From the NCBI RefSeq assembly GCF_009914755.1, contig NC_060948.1: DNA of 64,000 bases; one strand, 5' to 3'. Each line of letters starts with the position of its first letter. Position 1 is the first letter of the stretch. Of this stretch, positions 37,880 through 57,224 are shown in pieces. The notes under the pieces were generated by a model. It saw only the letters and a program-made list of their open reading frames with translations. It was not told the DNA's origin and ran no database searches. The DNA comes from the human T2T-CHM13v2.0 reference genome, Homo sapiens. The translations under genes were made by a program, and so were the position numbers.

Positions 37880-39975
37880 AGATCCATATTTTTTAAATGA
37901 AAAAAAATTTCAAAGGTACTCTGCTTGGTACAATAATCAAATGTATAAACTGAGGAATAAAACATAACCATGAAACCTACTTATAACTGCATATGGAAAA
38001 TACAGAGGATAATTTTTTAAATAACATATTTTGAAAGCCTTAACTAGTAATTTGAAGAGTTGGCATTTGAAAGGCCAGTATGAATATACCTTCAAAGCAG
38101 CAACACAGGTTCCCCATGAGAAAAAGCAAACACAGGGAAAATAAAAACACAAAGGTTCAATCTCTTCTGACCTTTGAAAGACACAGCACAGACAGTGGTC
38201 CTTAGGACGAAGAGCAGGAGACCCCTAATTCCGTCACCATGGCGATAGGGCATAAACATTGCTGGGTGAGGGCACAATCCACATTGTGAGGTCCAACTGC
38301 TGCCAGGAAGAAAGGAGTGCTTTTACATAGACCGAAAGGTCATTGAAGGCTCAGAGTTTTGTTTCAAGAACTGAATCCCAAGCCCACACGTTATTAGGCT
38401 GCGCTTCTTAAAACAAGTTATGAGATGGGAAAAAGGGCACCCACAAACATACGTATACATTATGTATATAATAATATAGAGTGTCATATATATAATATAT
38501 ATAACCTATGTATAATATTGTTTTACATCCTGCATCTTATGTTATATATATTGTATAAAATATAATAATTGATAATATATAAGTTTTATAATTATACAAT
38601 ATGACATATAGTATATATTATAATTTATGACATATATAATATATGTTATATATCATATATAGAATATATTATACGGTTAATATACGTATTAAATATAAAT
38701 TATACATTATATATATTATATATAATATATCTGTTATATATAATAAACATTATGCATAATATATATATTATGTCTATGTTATATATAGTATAAAACAACA
38801 TATAATAATATATAATTGTATTTATAAAATGCGACATATAATATATATTATATTTTATAACATATGTAATATATATTATATATAATACGTTGTATGTATA
38901 ATACCTATATTAAATATATATTATATGACTATGTTATTAATTACATGTCACATGTGTTATATATTATATATTTTACATAGAATATACCGGTTACATACAA
39001 TATATACTATGTTACCTATAATGTATAATTTATTACATGTAAAATAAAGAATGCAATATATTATGTATAATTTATAATATACAATATGTGGAATGTGATA
39101 TATATAACATATAATATATGATATATGATATACAGTATATGATATATAACATACAATATATGATTCCTAATATATATGGTATACAATATATATTTTATGA
39201 TATGTATTCTATATGTTTTATATTCTGTTATATATAACTATTTGAAACTATATATAACTGTATAATATTTTATGTAAATATGTAATATAATATATATAAC
39301 TATATAATATATTATATATAACTATATATTATGTTATATATACTTTTATAACATAATTTACATAAAATATCATAATATAATATATATTATATTATTTCAT
39401 ATTACATAATATATATTACATATCACCCAATATAACTAACATACCTAATATTATAATATAGATTATATTATGTTATATTAAATATCATATATATCATGTA
39501 TCATATATTCTATAATATATATTACACATTATATAATATGTATGTTGTCTATTATGTGATATATATAACTATATATATAATTATATTTTTATACATATAA
39601 CTAGATAAACGTAATTCTACATATTTTCATTTATAATATGTAGAATTATATAATCATATATAATTATTTATATTCTATAAAAAATTTTATCATTATATAA
39701 ATTATAATATATAAAAATTATAATATGTACTACAAATATATATATTATATATCATATATGATATAGTACCTTTGTTATATATCATAATACATATAAATGT
39801 GTATTATGTTATCTATAATTATATAATTTCATATATAAGATGTATAATATGTATCATATATTATATATGTTATGTAATATATATAGTATATATAAGATGA
39901 CACAGGATAAATATTATATACTATGACATATAAAATATATGAGGTTATATGTTACATATAAGGCATAGCACATAA

Positions 39976-40290
<315 letters not shown>

Positions 40291-42393
40291 AGATCCATAT
40301 TTTTTAAATGAAAAAAAATTTCAAAGGTACTCTGCTTGGTACAATAATCAAATGTATAAACTGAGGAATAAAACATAACCATGAAACCTACTTATAACTG
40401 CATATGGAAAATACAGAGGATAATTTTTTAAATAACATATTTTGAAAGCCTTAACTAGTAATTTGAAGAGTTGGCATTTGAAAGGCCAGTATGAATATAC
40501 CTTCAAAGCAGCAACACAGGTTCCCCATGAGAAAAAGCAAACACAGGGAAAGTAAAAACACAAAGGTTCAATCTCTTCTGACCTTTGAAAGACACAGCAC
40601 AGACAGTGGTCCTTAGGACGAAGAGCAGGAGACCCCTAATTCCGTCACCATGGCGATAGGGCATAAACATTGCTGGGTGAGGGCACAATCCACATTGTGA
40701 GGTCCAACTGCTGCCAGGAAGACAGGAGTGCTTTTACATAGACCGAAAGGTCATTGAAGGCTCAGAGTTTTGTTTCAAGAACTGAATCCCAAGCCCACAC
40801 GTTATTAGGCTGCGCTTCTTAAAACAAGTTATGAGATGGGAAAAAGGGCACCCACAAACATACGTATACATTATGTATATAATAATATACAGTGTCATAT
40901 ATATAATATATATAACCTATGTATAATATTGTTTTACATCCTGCATCTTATGTTATTTATATTGTATAAAATATAATAATTGATAATATATAAGTTTTAT
41001 AATTATACAATATGACATATAGTATATATTATAATTTATGACATATATAATATATGTTATATATCATATATAGAATATATTATACGGTTAATATACGTAT
41101 TAAATATAAATTATACATTATATATATTATATATAATATATCTGGTATATATAATACCCATTATGCATAATATATATATTATGTCTATGTTATATATAGT
41201 ATAAAACAACATATAATAATATATAATTGTATATATAAAATGCGACATATAATATATATTATATTTTATAACATATGTAATATATATTATATATTATATA
41301 TAATACGTTGTATGTATAATACCTATATTAAATATATATTATATGACTATGTTATTAATTACATGTCACATGTGTTATATATTATATATTTTACATAGAA
41401 TATACCGGTTACATACAATATATACTATGTTACCTATAATGTATAATTTATTACATGTAAAATAAAGAATGCAATATATTATGTATAATTTATAATATAC
41501 AATATGTGGAATGTGATATATATAACATATAATATATGATATATGATATACAGTATATGATATATAACATACAATATATGATTCCTAATATATATGGTAT
41601 ACAATATATATTTTATGATATGTATTCTATATGTTTTATATTCTGTTATATATAACTATTTGAAATTATATATAACTGTATAATATTTTATGTAAATATG
41701 TAATATAATATATATAACTATATAATATATTATATATAACTATATATTATGTTATATATACTTTTATAACATAATTTACATAAAATATCATAATATAATA
41801 TATATTATATTATTTCATATTACATAATATATATTACATATCACCCAATATAACTAACATACATAATATTATAATATAGATTATATTATGTTATATTAAA
41901 TATCATATATATCATGTATCATATATTCTATAATATATATTACACATTATATAATATGTATGTTGTCTATTATGTGATATATATAACTATATAAATAGTT
42001 ATATTTTTATACATATAACTAGATAAACATGTAATTCTACATATTTTCATTTATAATATGTAGAATTATATAATCATATATAATTATTTATATTCTATAA
42101 AAAATTTTATCATTATATAAATTATAATATATAAAAATTATAATATGTACTACATATATATATTATATATCATATATGATATAGTACCTTTGTTATATAT
42201 CATAATACATATAAATGTGTATTATGTTATCTATAATTATATAATTTCATATATAAGATGTATAATATGTATCATATATTATATATGTTATGTAATATAT
42301 ATAGTATATATAAGATGACACAGGATAAATATTATATACTATGACATATAAAATATATGAGGTTATATGTTACATATAAGGCATAGCACATAA

Positions 42394-42708
<315 letters not shown>

Positions 42709-44813
42709 AGATCCATATTTTTTAAATGAAAAAAAATTTCAAAGGTACTCTGCTTGGTACAATAATCAAATGTATAAACTGAGGAATAAAACATAACCAT
42801 GAAACCTACTTATAACTGCATATGGAAAATACAGAGGATAATTTTTTAAATACCATATTTTGAAAGCCTTAACTAGTAATTTGAAGAGTTGGCATTTGAA
42901 AGGCCAGTATGAATATACCTTCAAAGCAGCAACACAGGTTCCCCATGAGAAAAAGCAAACACAGGGAAAGTAAAAACACAAAGGTTCAATCTCTTCTGAC
43001 CTTTGAAAGACACAGCACAGACAGTGGTCCTTAGGACGAAGAGCAGGAGACCCCTAATTCCGTCACCATGGCGATAGGGCATAAACATTGCTGGGTGAGG
43101 GCACAATCCACATTGTGAGGTCCAACTGCTGCCAGGAAGACAGGAGTGCTTTTACATAGACCGAAAGGTCATTGAAGGCTCAGAGTTTTGTTTCAAGAAC
43201 TGAATCCCAAGCCCACACGTTATTAGGCTGCGCTTCTTAAAACAAGTTATGAGATGGGAAAAAGGGCACCCACAAACATACGTATACATTATGTATATAA
43301 TAATATACAGTGTCATATATATAATATATATAACCTATGTATAATATTGTTTTACATCCTGCATCTTATGTTATTTATATTGTATAAAATATAATAATTG
43401 ATAATATATAAGTTTTATAATTATACAATATGACATATAGTATATATTATAATTTATGACATATATAATATATGTTATATATCATATATAGAATATATTA
43501 TACGGTTAATATACGTATTAAATATAAATTATACATTATATATATTATATATAATATATCTGGTATATATAATACCCATTATGCATAATATATATATTAT
43601 ATCTATGTTATATATAGTATACAACAACATATAATAATATATAATTGTATATATAAAATGCGACATATAATATATATTATATTTTATAACATATGTAATA
43701 TATATTATATATTATATATAATACGTTGTATGTATAATACCTATATTAAATATATATTATATGACTATGTTATTAATTACATGTCACATGTGTTATATAT
43801 TATATATTTTACATAGAATATACCGGTTACATACAATATATACTATGTTACCTATAATGTATAATTTATTACATGTAAAATAAAGAATGCAATATATTAT
43901 GTATAATTTATAATATACAATATGTGGAATGTGATATATATAACATATAATATATGATATATGATATACAGTATATGATATATAACATACAATATATGAT
44001 TCCTAATATATATGGTATACAATATATATTTTATGATATGTATTCTATATGTTTTATATTCTGTTATATATAACTATTTGAAATTATATATAACTGTATA
44101 ATATTTTATGTAAATATGTAATATAATATATATAACTATATAATATATTATATATAACTATATATTATGTTATATATACTTTTATAACATAATTTACATA
44201 AAATATCGTAATATAATATATATTATATTATTTCATATTACATAATATATATTACATATCACCCAATATAACTAACATACATAATATTATAATATAGATT
44301 TTATTATGTTATATTAAATATCATATATATCATGTATCATATATTCTATAATATATATTACACATTATATAATATGTATGTTGTCTATTATGTGATATAT
44401 ATAACTATATAAATAGTTATATTTTTATACATATAACTAGATAAACATGTAATTCTACATATTTTCATTTATAATATGTAGAATTATATAATCATATATA
44501 ATTATTTATATTCTATAAAAAATTTTATCATTATATAAATTATAATATATAAAAATTATAATATGTACTACAAATATATATATTATATATCCTATATGAT
44601 ATAGTACCTTTGTTATATATCATAATACATATAAATGTGTATTATGTTATCTATAATTATATAATTTCATATATAAGATGTATAATATGTATCATATATT
44701 ATATATGTTATGTAATATATATAGTATATATAAGATGACACAGGATAAATATTATATACTATGACATATAAAATATATGAGGTTATATGTTACATATAAG
44801 GCATAGCACATAA

Positions 44814-45128
<315 letters not shown>

Positions 45129-47256
45129 AGATCCATATTTTTTAAATGAAAAAAAATTTCAAAGGTACTCTGCTTGGTACAATAATCAAATGTATAAACT
45201 GAGGAATAAAACATAACCATGAAACCTACTTATAACTGCATATGGAAAATACAGAGGATAATTTTTTAAATAACATATTTTGAAAGCCTTAACTAGTAAT
45301 TTGAAGAGTTGGCATTTGAAAGGCGAGTATGAATATACCTTCAAAGCAGCAACACAGGTTCCCCATGAGAAAAAGCAAACACAGGGAAAATAAAAACACA
45401 AAGGTTCAATCTCTTCTGACCTTTGAAAGACACAGCACAGACAGTGGTCCTTAGGACGAAGAGCAGGAGACCCCTAATTCCGTCACCATGGCGATAGGGC
45501 ATAAACATTGCTGGGTGAGGGCACAATCCACATTGTGAGGTCCAACTGCTGCCAGGAAGACAGGAGTGCTTTAACATAGACCGAAAGGTCATTGAAGGCT
45601 CAGAGTTTTGTTTCAAGAACTGAATCCCAAGCCCACACGTTATTAGGCTGCGCTTCTTAAAACAAGTTATGAGATGGGAAAAAGGGCACCCACAAACATA
45701 CGTATACATTATGTATATAATAATATACAGTGTCATATATATAATATATATAACCTATGTATAATATTGTTTTACATCCTGCATCTTATGTTATTTATAT
45801 TGTATAAAATATAATAATTGATAATATATAAGTTTTATAATTATACAATATGACATATGGTATATATTATAATTTATGACATATATAATATATGTTATAT
45901 ATCATATATAGAATATATTATACGGTTAATATACGTATTAAATATAAATTATACATTATATATATTATATATAATATATCTGTTATATATAATACCCATT
46001 ATGCATAATATATATATTATGTCTATGTTATATATAGTATAAAACAACATATAATAATATATAATTGTATATATAAAATGCGACATATAATATATGTTAT
46101 ATTTTATAACATATGTAATATATATTATATATTATATATAATACGTTGTATGTATAATACCTATATTAAATATATATTATATGACTATGTTATTAATTAC
46201 ATGTCACATGTGTTATATATTATATATTTTACATAGAATATACCGGTTACATACAATATATACTATGTTACCTATAATGTATAATTTATTACATGTAAAA
46301 TAAAGAATGCAATATATTATGTAAAATTTATAATATACAATATGTGGAATGTGATATATATAACATATAATATATGATATATGATATACAGTATATGATA
46401 TATAACATACAATATATGATTCCTAATATATATGGTATACAATATATATTTTATGATATGTATTCTATATGTTTTATATTCTGTTATATATAACTATTTG
46501 AAATTATATATAACTGTATAATATTTTATGTAAATATGTAATATAATATATATAACTATATAATATATTATATATAACTATATATTATGTTATATATATT
46601 TTTATAACATAATTTACATAAAATATCATAATATAATATATATTATATTATTTCATATTACATAATATATATTACATATCACCCAATATAACTAACATAC
46701 ATAATATTATAATATAGATTATATTGTGTTATATTAAATATCATATATATCTTGTATCATATATTCTATAATATATATTACACATTATATAATATGTATG
46801 TTGTCTATTATGTGATATATATAACTATATATATAATTATATTTTTATACATATAACTAGATAAACATGTAATTCTACATATTTTCATTTATAATATGTA
46901 GAATTATATAATCATATATAATTATTTATATTCTATAAAAAATTTTATCATTATATAAATTATAATATATAAAAATTATAATATGTACTACAAATATATA
47001 TATTATATATCATATATGATATAGTACCTTTGTTATATATCACAATACATATAAATGTGTATTATGTTATCTATAATTATATAATTTCATATATAAGATG
47101 TATAATATGTATCTTATATTATATAAGTTATGTAATATATATAGTATATATAAGATGACACAGGATAAATATTATATACTATGACATATAAAATATATGA
47201 TGTTATATGTTACATATAAGGCATAGCACATAACATGTAATATATATCATATATAA

Positions 47257-47548
47257 TTTTTTTTTAGACAGAATCTTGTCCTGTTGCACATGGTGGGGTA
47301 CAATGGCGCCATCTTTGCTCACTGCAACTTCTGCCTCACGGGTCCAAGCGATTGTCCTCTCTCAGCCTCCCAGGTAGCTGGGACTACACCACACTGGGAC
47401 TACACCAGCTGCCACCATGCCTAGCTAATTTTTTGGATTTTTAGTAGTGACAGCGTTTCACTGTATTGGCCAGGATGGTCTTGATCTCTTCACCTTGTGA
47501 TCCCCTTGCCTTGGCCTCCAAATTTGCTGGGATTACAGGCCTGAGCCA
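47257..47548 (-). mobile_element. Diverged Alu (unit 20)
   Basis: Same Alu motifs as unit 1. Confidence 0.93.
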
Positions 47549-49651
47549 AGATCCATATTTTTTAAATGAAAAAAAATTTCAAAGGTACTCTGCTTGGTAC
47601 AATAATCAAATGTATAAACTGAGGAATAAAACATAACCATGAAACCTACTTATAACTGCATATGGAAAATACAGAGGATAATTTTTTAAATAACATATTT
47701 TGAAAGCCTTAACTAGTAATTTTAAGAGTTGGCATGTGAAAGGCCAGTATGAATATACCTTCAAAGCAGCAACACAGGTTCCCCATGAGAAAAAGCAAAC
47801 ACAGGGAAAATAAAAACACAAAGGTTCAATCTCTTCTGACCTTTGAAAGACACAGCACAGACAGTGGTCCTTAGGACGAAGAGCAGGAGACCCCTAATTC
47901 CGTCACCATGGCGATAGGGCATAAACATTGCTGGGTGAGGGCACAATCCACATTGTGAGGTCCAACTGCTGCCAGGAAGACAGGAGTGCTTTTACATAGA
48001 CCGAAAGTTCATTGAAGGCTCAGAGTTTTGTTTCAAGAACTGAATCCCAAGCCCACACGTTATTAGGCTGCGCTTCTTAAAACAAGTTGTGAGATGGGAA
48101 AAAGGGCACCCACAAACATACGTATACATTATGTATATAATAATATACAGTGTCATATATATAATATATATAACCTATGTATAATATTGTTTTACATCCT
48201 GCATCTTATGTTATTTATATTGTATAAAATATAATAATTGATAATATATAAGTTTTATAATTATACAATATGACATATAGTATATATTATAATTTATGAC
48301 ATATATAATATATGTTATATATCATATATAGAATATATTATACGGTTAATATACGTATTAAATATAAATTATACATTATATATATTATATATAATATATC
48401 TGGTATATATAATACCCATTATGCATAATATATATATTATGTCTATGTTATATATAGTATAAAACAACATATAATAATATATAATTGTATATATAAAATG
48501 CGACATATAATATATATTATATTTTATAACATATGTAATATATATTATATATTATATATAATACGTTGTATGTATAATACCTATATTAAATATATAATAT
48601 GACTATGTTATTAATTACATGTCACATGTGTTATATATTATATATTTTACATAGAATATACCGGTTACATACAATATATACTATGTTACCTATAATGTAT
48701 AATTTATTACATGTAAAATAAAGAATGCAATATATTATGTATAATTTATAATATACAATATGTGGAATGTGATATATATAACATATAATATATGATATAT
48801 GATATACAGTATATGATATATAACATACAATATATGATTCCTAATATATATGGTATACAATATATATTTTATGATATGTATTCTATATGTTTTATATTCT
48901 GTTATATATAACTATTTGAAATTATATATAACTGTATAATATTTTATGTAAATATGTAATATAATATATATAACTATATAATATATTATATATAACTATA
49001 TATTATGTTATATATACTTTTATAACATAATTTACATAAAATATCATAATATAATATATATTATATTATTTCATATTACATAATATATATTACATATCAC
49101 CCAATATAACTAACATACATAATATTATAATATAGATTATATTATGTTATATTAAATATCATATATATCATGTATCATATATTCTATAATATATATTACA
49201 CATTATATAATATGTATGTTGTCTATTATGTGATATATATAACTATATAAATAGTTATATTTTTATACATATAACTAGATAAACATGTAATTCTACATAT
49301 TTTCATTTATAATATGTAGAATTATATAATCATATATAATTATTTATATTCTATAAAAAATTTTATCATTATATAAATTATAATATATAAAAATTATAAT
49401 ATGTACTACAAATATATATATTATATATCATATATGATATAGTACCTTTGTTATATATCATAATACATATAAATGTGTATTATGTTATCTATAATTATAT
49501 AATTTCATATATAAGATGTATAATATGTATCATATATTATATATGTTATGTAATATATATAGTATATATAAGATGACACAGGATAAATATTATATACTAT
49601 GACATATAAAATATATGAGGTTATATGTTACATATAAGCCATAGCACATAA

Positions 49652-49966
<315 letters not shown>

Positions 49967-52088
49967 AGATCCATATTTTTTAAATGAAAAAAAATTTCAA
50001 AGGTACTCTGCTTGGTACAATAATCAAATGTATAAACTGAGGAATAAAACATAACCATGAAACCTACTTATAACTGCATATGGAAAATACAGAGGATAAT
50101 TTTTTAAATAACATATTTTGAAAGCCTTAACTAGTAATTTGAAGAGTTGGCATTTGAAAGGCCAGTATGAATATACCTTCAAAGCAGCAACACAGGTTCC
50201 CCATGAGAAAAAGCAAACACAGGGAAAATAAAAACACAAAGGTTCAATCTCTTCTGACCTTTGAAAGACACAGCACAGACAGTGGTCCTTAGGACGAAGA
50301 GCAGGAGACCCCTAATTCCGTCACCATGGCGATAGGGCATAAACATTGCTGGGTGAGGGCACAATCCACATTGTGAGGTCCAACTGCTGCCAGGAAGACA
50401 GGAGTGCTTTAACATAGACCGAAAGGTCATTGAAGGCTCAGAGTTTTGTTTCAAGAACTGAATCCCAAGCCCACACGTTATTAGGCTGCGCTTCTTAAAA
50501 CAAGTTATGAGATGGGAAAAAGGGCACCCACAAACATACGTATACATTATGTATATAATAATATACAGTGTCATATATATAATATATATAACCTATGTAT
50601 AATATTGTTTTACATCCTGCATCTTATGTTATTTATATTGTATAAAATATAATAATTGAAAATATATATGTTTTATAATTATACAATATGACATATGGTA
50701 TATATTATAATTTATGACATATATAATATATGTTATATATCATATATAGAATATATTATACGGTTAATATACGTATTAAATATAAATTATACATTATATA
50801 TATTATATATAATATATCTGTTATATATAATACCCATTATGCATAATATATATATTATGTCTATGTTATATATAGTATAAAACAACATATAATAATATAT
50901 AATTGTATATATAAAATGCGACATATAATATATATTATATTTTATAACATATGTAATATATATTATATATTATATATAATACGTTGTATGTATAATACCT
51001 ATATTAAATATATATTATATGACTATGTTATTAATTACATGTCACATGTGTTATATATTATATATTTTACATAGAATATACCGGTTACATACAATATATA
51101 CTATGTTACCTATAATGTATAATTTATTACATGTAAAATAAAGAATGCAATATATTATGTAAAATTTATAATATACAATATGTGGAATGTGATATATATA
51201 ACATATAATATATGATATATGATATACAGTATATGATATATAACATACAATATATGATTCCTAATATATATGGTATACAATATATATTTTATGATATGTA
51301 TTCTATATGTTTTATATTCTGTTATATATAACTATTTGAAATTATATATAACTGTATAATATTTTATGTAAATATGTAATATAATATATATAACTATATA
51401 ATATATTATATATAACTATATATTATGTTATATATACTTTTATAACATAATTTACATAAAATATCATAATATAATATATATTATATTATTTCATATTACA
51501 TAATATATATTACATATCACCCAATATAACTAACATACATAATATTATAATATAGATTATATTGTGTTATATTAAATATCATATATATCATGTATCATAT
51601 ATTCTATAATATATATTACACATTATATAATATGTATGTTGTCTATTATGTGATATATATAACTATATATAATTATATTTTTTACATATAACTAGATAAA
51701 CATGTAATTCTACATATTTTCATTTATAATATGTAGAATTATATAATCATATATAATTATTTATATTGTATAAAAAATTTTATCATTATATAAATTATAA
51801 TATATAAAAATTATATGTACTACAAATATATATATTATATATCATATATGATATAGTACCTTTGTTATATATCATAATACATATAAATGTGTATTATGTT
51901 ATCTATAATTATATAATTTCATATATAAGATGTATAATATGTATCATATATTATATATGTTATGTAATATATATAGTATATATAAGATGACACAGGATAA
52001 ATATTATATACTATGACATATAAAATATATGAGGTTATATGTTACATATAAGGCATAGCACATATCATGTAATATATATCATATATAA

Positions 52089-52380
52089 TTTTTTTTTAGA
52101 CAGAATCTTGTCCTGTTGCACAGGGTGGGGTACAATGGCGCCATCTTTGCTCACTGCAACTTCTGCCTCACGGGTCCAAGCGATTGTCCTCCCTCAGCCT
52201 CCCAGGTAGCTGGGACTACACCACACTGGGACTACACCAGCTGCCACCATGCCTAGCTAATTTTTTGGATTTTTAGTAGTGACAGCGTTTCACTGTATTG
52301 GCCAGGATGGTCTTGATCTCTTCACCTTGTGATCCCCTTGCCTTGGCCTCCAAATTTGCTGGGATTACAGGCCTGAGCCA
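52089..52380 (-). mobile_element. Diverged Alu (unit 22)
   Basis: Same Alu motifs as unit 1. Confidence 0.93.
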
Positions 52381-54487
52381 AGATCCATATTTTTTAAATG
52401 AAAAAAAATTTCAAAGGTACTCTGCTTGGTACAATAATCAAATGTATAAACTGAGGAATAAAACATAACCATGAAACCTACTTATAACTGCATATGGAAA
52501 ATACAGAGGATAATTTTTTAAATAACATATTTTGAAAGCCTTAACTAGTAATTTGAAGAGTTGGCATGTGAAAGGCCAGTATGAATATACCTTCAAAGCA
52601 GCAACACAGGTTCCCCATGAGAAAAAGCAAACACAGGGAAAATAAAAACACAAAGGTTCAATCTCTTCTGACCTTTGAAAGACACAGCACAGACAGTGGT
52701 CCTTAGGACGAAGAGCAGGAGACCCCTAATTCCGTCACCATGGCGATAGGGCATAAACATTGCTGGGTGAGGGCACAATCCACATTGTGAGGTCCAACTG
52801 CTGCCAGGAAGACAGGAGTGCTTTTACATAGACCGAAAGGTCATTGAAGGCTCAGAGTTTTGTTTCAAGAACTGAATCCCAAGCCCACACGTTATTAGGC
52901 TGCGCTTCTTAAAACAAGTTATGAGACGGGAAAAAGGGCACCCACAAACATACGTATACATTATGTATATAATAATATACAGTGTCATATATATAATATA
53001 TATAACCTATGTATAATATTGTTTTACATCCTGCATCTTCTGTTATATATATTGTATAAAATATAATAATTGATAATATATAAGTTTTATAATTATACAA
53101 TATGACATATACTATATATTATAATTTATGACATATATAATATATGTTATATATCATATATAGAATATATTATACGGTTAATATACGTATTAAATATAAA
53201 TTATACATTATATATATTATATATAATATATCTGTTATATATAATACCCATTATGCATAATATATATATTATGTCTATGTTACATATAGTATAAAACAAC
53301 ATATAATAATATATAATTGTATATATAAAATGCGACATATAATATATTTTATATTTTATAACATATGTAATATATATTATATATTATATATAATACGTTG
53401 TATGTATAATACCTATATTAAATATATATTATATGACTATGTTATTAATTACATGTCTCTTGTGTTATATATTATATATTTTACATAGAATATACCGGTT
53501 ACATACAATATATACTATGTTACCTATAATGTATAATTTATTACATGTAAAATAAAGAATGCAATATATTATGTAAAATTTATAACATACAATATGTGGA
53601 ATGTGATATATATAACATATAATATATGATATATGATATACAGTATATGATATATAACATACAATATATGATTCCTAATATATATGGTATACAATATATA
53701 TTTTATGATATGTATTCTATATGTTTTATGTTCTGTTATATATAACTATTTGAAATTATATATAACTGTATAATATTTTATGTAAATATGTAATATAATA
53801 TATATAACTATATAATATATTATATATAACTATATATTATGTTATATATACTTTTATAACATAATTTACATAAAATATCATAATATAATATATATTATAT
53901 TATTTCATATTACATAATATATATTACATATCACCCAATATAAGTAACATACATAATATTATAATATAGATTATATTATGTTATATTAAATATCATATAT
54001 ATCATGTATCATATATTCTATAATATATATTACACATTATATAATATGTATGTTGTCTATTATGTGATATATATAACTATATATATAATTATATTTTTAT
54101 ACATATAACTAGATAAACATGTAATTCTACATATTTTCATTTATAATATGTAGAATGATATAATCATATATAATTATTTATATTGTATAAAAAATTTTAT
54201 CATTATATAAATTATAATATATAAAAATTATAATATGTACTACAAATATATATATATTATATATCATATATGATATAGTACCTTTGTTATATATCATAAT
54301 ACATATAAATGTGTATTATGTTATCTATAATTATATAATTTCATATATTAGATGTATAATATGTATCATATATTATATATGTTATGTAATATATATAGTA
54401 TATATAAGATGACACAGGATAAATATTATATACTATGACATATAAAATATATGAGGTTATATGTTACATATAAGGCATAGCACATAA

Positions 54488-54802
<315 letters not shown>

Positions 54803-56909
54803 AGATCCATACTTTTTAAATGAAAAAAAATTTCAAAGGTACTCTGCTTGGTACAATAATCAAATGTATAAACTGAGGAATAAAACATAACCATGAAACC
54901 TACTTATAACTGCATATGGAAAATACAGAGGATAATTTTTTAAATAACATATTTTGAAAGCCTTAACTAGTAATTTGAAGAGTTGGCATTTGAAAGGCCA
55001 GTATGAATATACCTTCAAAGCAGCAACACAGGTTCCCCATGAGAAAAAGCAAACTCAGGGAAAATAGAAACACAAAGGTTCAATCTCTTCTGACCTTTGA
55101 AAGACACAGCACAGACAGTGGTCCTTAGGACGAAGAGCAGGAGACCCCTAATTCCGTCACCATGGCGATAGGGCATAAACATTGCTGGGTGAGGGCACAA
55201 TCCACATTGTGAGGTCCAACTGCTGCCAGGAAGACAGGCGTGCTTTTACATAGACCGAAAGGTCATTGAAGGCTCAGAGTTTTGTTTCAAGAACTGAATC
55301 CCAAGCCCACACGTTATTAGGCTGCGCTTCTTAAAACAAGTTATGAGATGGGAAAAAGGGCACCCACAAACATACGTATACATTATGTATATAATAATAT
55401 ACAGTGTCATATATATAATATATATAACCTATGTATAATATTGTTTTACATCTTGCATCTTATGTTATATATATTGTATAAAATATAATTATTGATAATA
55501 TATAAGTTTTATAATTATGCTACATGACATATAGCATATATTATAATTTATGACATATATAATATATGTTATATATCATATATAGAATATATTATACGGT
55601 TAATATACGTATTAAATATACATTATACATTATATATATTATATAAAATATATCTGTTATATATAATACCCATTATGCATAATATATATATTATGTCTAT
55701 GTTATATATAGTATAAAACAACATATAATAATATATAATTGTATATATAAAATGCGACATATAATATATATTATATTTTATAACATATGTAATATATATT
55801 ATATATTATATATAATACGTTGTATGTATAATACCTATATTAAATATATATTATATGACTATGTTATTAATTACATGTCACATGTGTTATATATTATATA
55901 TTTTACATAGAATATACCGGTTACATACAATATATACTATGTTACCTATAATGTATAATTTATTACATGTAAAATAAAGAATGCAATATATTATGTAAAA
56001 TTTATAACATACAATATGTGGAATGTGATATATATAACATATAATATATGATATATGATATACAGTATATGATATATAACATACAATATATGATTCCTAA
56101 TATATATGGTATACAATATATATTTTATGATATGTATTCTATATGTTTTATATTCTGTTATATATAACTATTTGAAATTATATATAACTGTATAATATTT
56201 TATGTAAATATGTAATATAATATATATAACTATATAATATATTATATATAACTATATATTATGTTATATATACTTTTATAACATAATTTACATAAAATAT
56301 CATAATATAATATATATTATATTATTTCATATTACATAATATATATTACATATCACCCAATATAACTAACATACATAATATTATAATATAGATTATATTA
56401 TGTTATATTAAATATCATATATATCATGTATCATATATTCTATAATATATATTACACATTATATAATATGTATGTTGTCTATTATGTGATATATATAACT
56501 ATATATATAATTATATTTTTATACATATAATTAGATAAACATGTAATTCTACATATTTTCATTTATAATATGTAGAATTATATAATCATATATAATTATT
56601 AATATTCTATAAAAAATTTTATCATTATATAAATTATAATATATAAAAATTATAATATGTACTACAAATGTATATATATTATATATCATATATGATATAG
56701 TACCTTTGTTATATATCATAATACATATAAATGTGTATTATGTTATCTACAATTATATAATTTCATATATAAGATGTATAATATGTATCATATATTATAT
56801 ATGTTATGTAATATATATAGTATATATAAAATGACACAGGATAAATATTATATACTATGACATATAAAATATATGAGGTTATATGTTACATATAAGGCAT
56901 AGCACATAA

Positions 56910-57224
<315 letters not shown>

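Noticed and set aside
45341-45736. 131-aa ORF (twin at 50179-50574), the longest in the window
   Set aside because: Created by a single substitution removing a stop in 2 of 26 units. It begins in TA-rich low-complexity DNA. Useful only as a dimer marker.
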